Part shown: positions 59,640 through 64,000 of the stretch, piece after piece
Position numbering within the stretch: the first letter of the stretch is position 1
Layout: each line of letters begins with the position of its first letter
Origin: Escherichia phage FL23
Strand: one strand, 5' to 3'
Sequence record: PP400787
Length of the DNA: 64,000 nt
Position numbers and translations under genes: made by a program
Notes under the pieces: model-generated
Databases searched by the model: none
What the model was told of the DNA's origin: nothing
Seen by the model: the letters and a program-made list of their open reading frames with translations, nothing else

Positions 59640-59855
59640 ATGAAAATCTTTAAAGATGTAAAAGTTGGTGAAATTTTTTGTTTAGATAATGGTGATCAGT
59701 TAATTCGTATTTCGCCCCTTAAAAGCACTAGCGAGAAAATGACAGTTAACGCTACTTTAGCAAATAACAGCAATGAACGTTTCTGTATTGAAAATGATAC
59801 TGAAACTTATACTGTAGAAGAGTTCTGGGAATTAATCGTCGCAGTCGACGATTAA
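59640..59855 (+). CDS. hypothetical protein (71 aa)
   Basis: ORF track. Confidence 0.4.
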   Translation: MKIFKDVKVGEIFCLDNGDQLIRISPLKSTSEKMTVNATLANNSNERFCIENDTETYTVEEFWELIVAVDD

Positions 59856-59915
59856 TTTATCGGCCGTATGTATTCATGCGGCCTTGGAGTAGAAAATAAT
59901 TTAGAGGAAATTAAT

Positions 59916-60374
59916 ATGAAATACATGACTGTTACTGATCTGAATAATGCAGGCGCTACTGTTATTGGTACAATCAAGGGTGGTGAGTGGTTTTTGGGAA
60001 TTCCACATAAAGATATTTTATCTAAACCTGGATTTTACTTTTTGGTGAGTAAATTAGATGGTCGTCCATTTAGTAATCCGTGTGTGTCTGCACGATTTTA
60101 TGTAGGTAATCAGCGTTCTAAGCAAGGATTTAGTGCGGTTCTAAGTCATATTCGTCAACGTCGGTCTCAGCTTGCGCGTACTATTGCAAATAACAATGTT
60201 CCATACACAGTATTTTATCTGCCTGCTTCTAAGATGAAACCTCTGACGACGGGATTTGGAAAAGGACAGTTAGCTTTAGCGTTTACTCGTAATCATCATT
60301 CTGAGTATCAAACACTTGAAGAAATGAACCGTATGTTGGCTGATAACTTTAAATTTGTTTTGCAGGCATATTAA
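59916..60374 (+). CDS. ndd: nucleoid disruption protein Ndd
   Basis: About 152 aa from [18 protein letters not shown]; position and size as T4 Ndd. Confidence 0.7.
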
Positions 60375-60454
60375 TGAGTAATTTCCATAACGAACATGTG
60401 ATGCAGTTCTATCGTAATAATCTTAAAACTAAAGGCGTCTTCGGACGCCAGTGA
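60374..60454 (+). CDS. stp: Stp peptide (activator of host PrrC/EcoprrI anticodon nuclease system)
   Basis: 26-aa [29 protein letters not shown] matches recalled T4 Stp; overlaps ndd stop. Confidence 0.8.
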
Positions 60455-60461
60455 GGAAAAT

Positions 60462-60620
60462 ATGAATATCGCAAAATTATTAGGAGTTATTTCATTTATT
60501 TGTTGGATAGTAGCATGTGTTTTAACTATCTGTATTGATGCCAGCAGCGTGTTTTCACAAGCTTTAGCTCAGGGTATGTGTGCATATTTAACATTTGTGT
60601 TGTTATCTACTAATGATTAA
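60462..60620 (+). CDS. ac: Ac (acridine sensitivity) membrane peptide
   Basis: 52-aa hydrophobic ORF after stp; T4 ac position. Confidence 0.6.
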   Translation: MNIAKLLGVISFICWIVACVLTICIDASSVFSQALAQGMCAYLTFVLLSTND

Positions 60621-60753
60621 GAAAATCTTGGGCTACTCAGTAGCCCTTGCTGCTTTATTGGTAGCACTATATTATGGAGTAATGTTCGGATTAATTCAAG
60701 TCGTGCTTTTCATTTCTGATGTTATTATGGCACTACATTCACTAGTATGGTAA
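60613..60753 (+). CDS. membrane micro-protein (46 aa; 52.1 position)
   Basis: Hydrophobic; coordinates derived by codon arithmetic. Confidence 0.35.
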   Translation: MIKKILGYSVALAALLVALYYGVMFGLIQVVLFISDVIMALHSLVW

Positions 60754-60757
60754 ATTT

Positions 60758-62086
60758 ATGCAACTGAATAATCGCGATTTAAAAAGTATCATTGATAATG
60801 AAGCATTGGCTTATGCTATGTACACGGTTGAAAATCGTGCTATCCCAAATATGATTGACGGATTTAAGCCAGTCCAACGATTTGTTATTGCTCGAGCTCT
60901 TGATTTGGCACGAGGAAATAAAGATAAGTTTCACAAACTTGCTTCTATTGCAGGTGGTGTAGCGGACCTTGGATATCATCATGGTGAAAACTCTGCGCAA
61001 GACGCAGGTGCTTTGATGGCTAACACTTGGAATAATAACTTTCCTCTGTTAGATGGTCAAGGAAACTTCGGTTCTCGTACCGTTCAAAAAGCAGCAGCAA
61101 GTCGTTATATTTTTGCTCGTGTAAGTAAAAATTTCTATAACGTATATAAAGATACTGAATATGCTCCGGTACATCAAGATAAAGAACACATTCCGCCTGC
61201 TTTCTATTTGCCTATTATTCCTACTGTTCTTCTTAATGGCGTTTCCGGTATTGCAACTGGTTATGCAACTTACATTCTTCCTCATAGTGTTTCTTCTGTC
61301 AAGAAAGCTGTACTACAAGCTCTTCAAGGAAAGAAAGTAACTAAACCGAAGGTAGAATTCCCAGAATTTCGTGGTGAAGTCGTTGAAATTGACGGTCAAT
61401 ATGAAATTCGTGGAACATACAAGTTTACTTCACGAACTCAAATGAATATCACTGAGATTCCATATAAGTATGATCGTGAAACTTATGTGAGTAAAATCTT
61501 AGACCCACTTGAAGATAAAGGCTTCATTACATGGGATGATGCTTGCGGTGAGCACGGTTTTGGATTCAAAGTTAAATTCCGCAAAGAATACTCTTTGAGC
61601 GATAACGAAGAAGAACGCCATGCAAAAATCATGAAAGACTTCGGGTTGATTGAGCGTCGTTCACAGAATATTACTGTTATTAATGAGAAAGGAAAGCTGC
61701 AAGTTTACGACAACGTAGTTGATTTAATTAAAGACTTCGTTGAAGTTCGTAAAACTTATGTCCAAAAACGAATTGATAACAAAATCAAAGAAACTGAATC
61801 AGCATTTCGTTTAGCCTTTGCCAAGGCGCATTTCATTAAGAAAGTAATTTCAGGTGAAATTGTTGTACAAGGTAAAACTCGCAAAGAACTGACCGAAGAA
61901 CTTTCTAAAATTGAGATGTATTCTTCTTATGTTGATAAACTAGTCGGAATGAATATTTTTCATATGACTTCTGATGAAGCAAAGAAACTTGCTGAAGAAG
62001 CTAAAGCTAAGAAAGAAGAAAACGAATATTGGAAAACTACTGATGTAGTTACCGAATACACTAAAGATTTAGAGGAAATCAAATGA
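60758..62086 (+). CDS. 52: type II DNA topoisomerase medium subunit gp52 (GyrA-like)
   Basis: 442 aa; T4 gp52 length. Confidence 0.9.
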   Translation: MQLNNRDLKSIIDNEALAYAMYTVENRAIPNMIDGFKPVQRFVIARALDLARGNKDKFHKLASIAGGVADLGYHHGENSAQDAGALMANTWNNNFPLLDGQGNFGSRTVQKAAASRYIFARVSKNFYNVYKDTEYAPVHQDKEHIPPAFYLPIIPTVLLNGVSGIATGYATYILPHSVSSVKKAVLQALQGKKVTKPKVEFPEFRGEVVEIDGQYEIRGTYKFTSRTQMNITEIPYKYDRETYVSKILDPLEDKGFITWDDACGEHGFGFKVKFRKEYSLSDNEEERHAKIMKDFGLIERRSQNITVINEKGKLQVYDNVVDLIKDFVEVRKTYVQKRIDNKIKETESAFRLAFAKAHFIKKVISGEIVVQGKTRKELTEELSKIEMYSSYVDKLVGMNIFHMTSDEAKKLAEEAKAKKEENEYWKTTDVVTEYTKDLEEIK

Positions 62087-62235
62087 GTCCATTCATTGGT
62101 ATTACAAGCGCGGCATTAGTATCTGGTAGCATTTTACTGGCGGGTTTAGGTGTTGTTCCAGCCGTAGCAGGAGGTCTTCTTGCGTTTGGAATTCAACGTG
62201 TTATCATGACAGTTATCACAGTCATGCAGTAATTT

Positions 62236-62265
62236 TAGGGAGAGCCTCGGCTCTCCCTTTTTTAT
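62236..62265 (+). terminator. rho-independent terminator
   Basis: gggagagccTCGGctctccc followed by TTTTTTATTTT. Confidence 0.65.
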
Positions 62266-62274
62266 TTTAAAATT

Positions 62275-62361
62275 TTTTTTTCACAAAACGGTTTACAACC
62301 AAAGCATACTGTGGTACTATACAACTATCAACTACTGATACAGAATTACGGAGATTAGAAA
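62275..62361 (+). repeat. early promoter plus leader cassette, copy upstream of motA
   Basis: tttttttcacaaaacgGTTTACaaccaaagcatactgtggTACTATacaactatcaact ... GGAG. Confidence 0.6.
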
Positions 62362-62997
62362 ATGTCTAAAGTAACTTACATCATCAAAGCTTCTAACGAT
62401 GTTCTGAATGAAAAAACTGCTGCGATTTTAATTACCATTGCTAAGAAAGATTTCATTACAGCTGCAGAAGTTCGTGAGGTGCATCCAGATTTAGGTAACG
62501 CAGTAGTTAATAGTAATATTGGGGTATTGATTAAAAAAGGCCTGGTGGAGAAATCTGGTGATGGATTAATCATTACAGGTGAAGCTCAGGATATCATTTC
62601 AAATGCAGCAACTTTATATGCGCAGGAAAACGCTCCAGAACTGCTGAAAAAACGAGCAACTCGTAAAGCTCGCGAAATTACTTCTGATATGGAAGAAGAT
62701 AAAGACTTCATGTTAAAACTTTTAGATGAAAATGGATTTGTTCTTAAAAAGGTTGAAACTTATCGTAGTAACTATCTCGCTATTTTAGAAAAACGCACTC
62801 ACGGAATTCGCAATTTTGAAATTAACAACAATGGAAATATGCGAATTTTTGGATACAAAATGATGGAACATCATATTCAGAAATTTACTGATATCGGAAT
62901 GTCATGCAAAATCGCTAAAAATGGTAATGTGTATCTTGACATTAAACGCTCGGCAGAAAACATTGAAGCAGTAATCACCGTAGCATCTGAACTGTGA
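62362..62997 (+). CDS. motA: middle-transcription activator MotA
   Basis: 211 aa; MSKVTYIIKASNDVLNEKTAAILITIAKKDFITAAEVREVHPDLG matches recalled T4 MotA. Confidence 0.9.
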   Translation: MSKVTYIIKASNDVLNEKTAAILITIAKKDFITAAEVREVHPDLGNAVVNSNIGVLIKKGLVEKSGDGLIITGEAQDIISNAATLYAQENAPELLKKRATRKAREITSDMEEDKDFMLKLLDENGFVLKKVETYRSNYLAILEKRTHGIRNFEINNNGNMRIFGYKMMEHHIQKFTDIGMSCKIAKNGNVYLDIKRSAENIEAVITVASEL

Positions 62998-63007
62998 GGA
63001 ATAAATA

Positions 63008-63337
63008 ATGAACAAGTTAGAAATTGTTAATGAACTTCGTCGTTGTGCAGAACCCACTCAAGAGGGGTGGGACATCTGGTATCATGGAGCTTATCTTGGA
63101 ACTATCGTAAAGATTAAGACTGGTAAATACATGATTATTCGTGAAAGTAAAGATGCTCCAGTAGGTATTCGCAATAATTTTATGGCAGCGATAAGTTCAT
63201 TTACGGATGCAGCTTACGAAATTTACCTTGCCGATTATAAAGAATTCCAGGAATCTCAACCGGTTATTCGTTCAATTGGTGTTAACAAAGCTCAGCAGAA
63301 AACTTTGTGGCAACGTATTAAAGGATGGTTTAAATGA
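63008..63337 (+). CDS. hypothetical protein (109 aa)
   Basis: ORF track. Confidence 0.4.
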   Translation: MNKLEIVNELRRCAEPTQEGWDIWYHGAYLGTIVKIKTGKYMIIRESKDAPVGIRNNFMAAISSFTDAAYEIYLADYKEFQESQPVIRSIGVNKAQQKTLWQRIKGWFK

Positions 63338-63795
63338 ACCCATTTATTAATCGTTTAAAAATGCTGAATGTTCCTTTATCTCGTGAAACTCCAGAAAGTC
63401 TTGTTGAAAAATTTAAAGCGCATGGTTATAAATGCGCAGAAGAAGATATTCTGAAAGAAGTTCCTGAAATCTGTTGGCAGACTGCGTATTGGGATGAAAA
63501 CCAAAAGTATCAACGACGAATTGTCTGTGCAGCCAACCGTTTTAAATTAAAAGATGGACGAACTCTTATTATTCCAGGTGCTCGTCATTATTCTAAAGAT
63601 ATGGCAGAAGTTTTAGATGTAGTTAAACCCCAATTAGTTACTCAGCAAGTTTGTGATGATGACCAAGGGTTTATTGACCAATATAGTAATTATTGGACAC
63701 GTGAAGAAGCAATGATTATTGCAACTTATGCTGGACAAGTACGTATTGAACGTGGTGGTAGTGAAAAAGAACTTTACTCTGAGGACCTTTACTAA
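63334..63795 (+). CDS. hypothetical protein (153 aa)
   Basis: ORF track; ATGA overlap. Confidence 0.4.
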   Translation: MNPFINRLKMLNVPLSRETPESLVEKFKAHGYKCAEEDILKEVPEICWQTAYWDENQKYQRRIVCAANRFKLKDGRTLIIPGARHYSKDMAEVLDVVKPQLVTQQVCDDDQGFIDQYSNYWTREEAMIIATYAGQVRIERGGSEKELYSEDLY

Positions 63796-64000
63796 TGAAT
63801 ATTAAAAAGTTTCAAATTGATGGAATTATGAATCAAATTCAGGCGCTGGAATATGCCAATAAAATGATGTCAACTAAATGGGGAATTTATGCCAATGAAC
63901 CAGCATTTCAGTTCTGTAATATGGAATTCACTAAAAAGCTCGTAGGAAAAGATTATGTATGTCCATTTAGTTCTCCAGCAAATGGAATGCTAAAACCTGC
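63795..64000 (+). CDS. hypothetical protein, N-terminal fragment (runs off window)
   Basis: ATG overlapping previous stop; open to window end. Confidence 0.3.
   Translation, partial: MNIKKFQIDGIMNQIQALEYANKMMSTKWGIYANEPAFQFCNMEFTKKLVGKDYVCPFSSPANGMLKP

Noticed and set aside
3304-62361. Possibility that the repeated ~80-nt cassettes are a CRISPR array or tRNA-related repeats
   Set aside because: Copies are kilobases apart, not regularly spaced, and each has clear -35/-10/SD architecture followed by an ORF. No cloverleaf-compatible sequence was seen and no tRNA genes were apparent in the window.
1-64000. Integrase, transposase or prophage-boundary signals
   Set aside because: None seen. The window is uniformly phage early-region DNA on one strand; the only mobile elements are homing endonuclease genes and the nrdD intron.

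Overview
This window is a 64-kb block of a T4-like (T-even, Tevenvirinae) phage genome, and I found no single locus I can defend as a new system; the strongest candidates are listed as findings. Essentially every credible gene is on the + strand, tightly packed, often with overlapping ATGA stop/start junctions. Gene order is collinear with the T4 early/middle region read on its complementary strand: nrdC-proximal ORFs, nrdC, pin, 49, nrdD (group I intron with an internal GIY-YIG endonuclease), nrdG, nrdH, 55, alpha-gt, 47, 46, rpbA, 45, 44, 62, regA, 43, imm, 42, a glycosyltransferase, uvsX, 40, 41, dmd, sp, 61, 56, segF-like, soc, modB, modA, srd, dda, dexA, 39, rIIA, rIIB, denB, ndd, stp, ac, 52 and motA. 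Many proteins match T4 proteins as I remember them in sequence or exact length, for example gp43 at 898 aa and rIIA at 725 aa. It is not T4 itself: gene 39 is one intact ORF with no gene 60, no dam-sized gene lies between 61 and 56, the T4 beta-gt slot holds an unrelated GT-A-type glycosyltransferase, and the homing-endonuclease content differs. Regulatory elements are T4-style: early promoters (GTTTAC, about 18 nt, TGG-TAnnAT), MotA-box middle promoters, TATAAATA late promoters, GC-hairpin terminators with UUCG loops, and the gene 43 translational operator. The most interesting unexplained loci are a translationally coupled operon ending in a Pol-beta-fold nucleotidyltransferase preceded by a 2-TM protein (547-3300), an AAA+ ATPase plus GIY-YIG pair, a tandem array of four coiled-coil-tailed paralogs, a near-identical early-promoter/leader cassette repeated at least seven times, and the only intergenic antisense ORF, which sits where T4 carries dam. 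All identifications rest on reading the sequence and recalled T4 knowledge; no database search was possible. Starts were adjusted from the ORF track where an in-frame ATG with a Shine-Dalgarno gave the T4 protein length; coordinates of promoters, terminators and sub-60-aa ORFs are approximate to a few nt.
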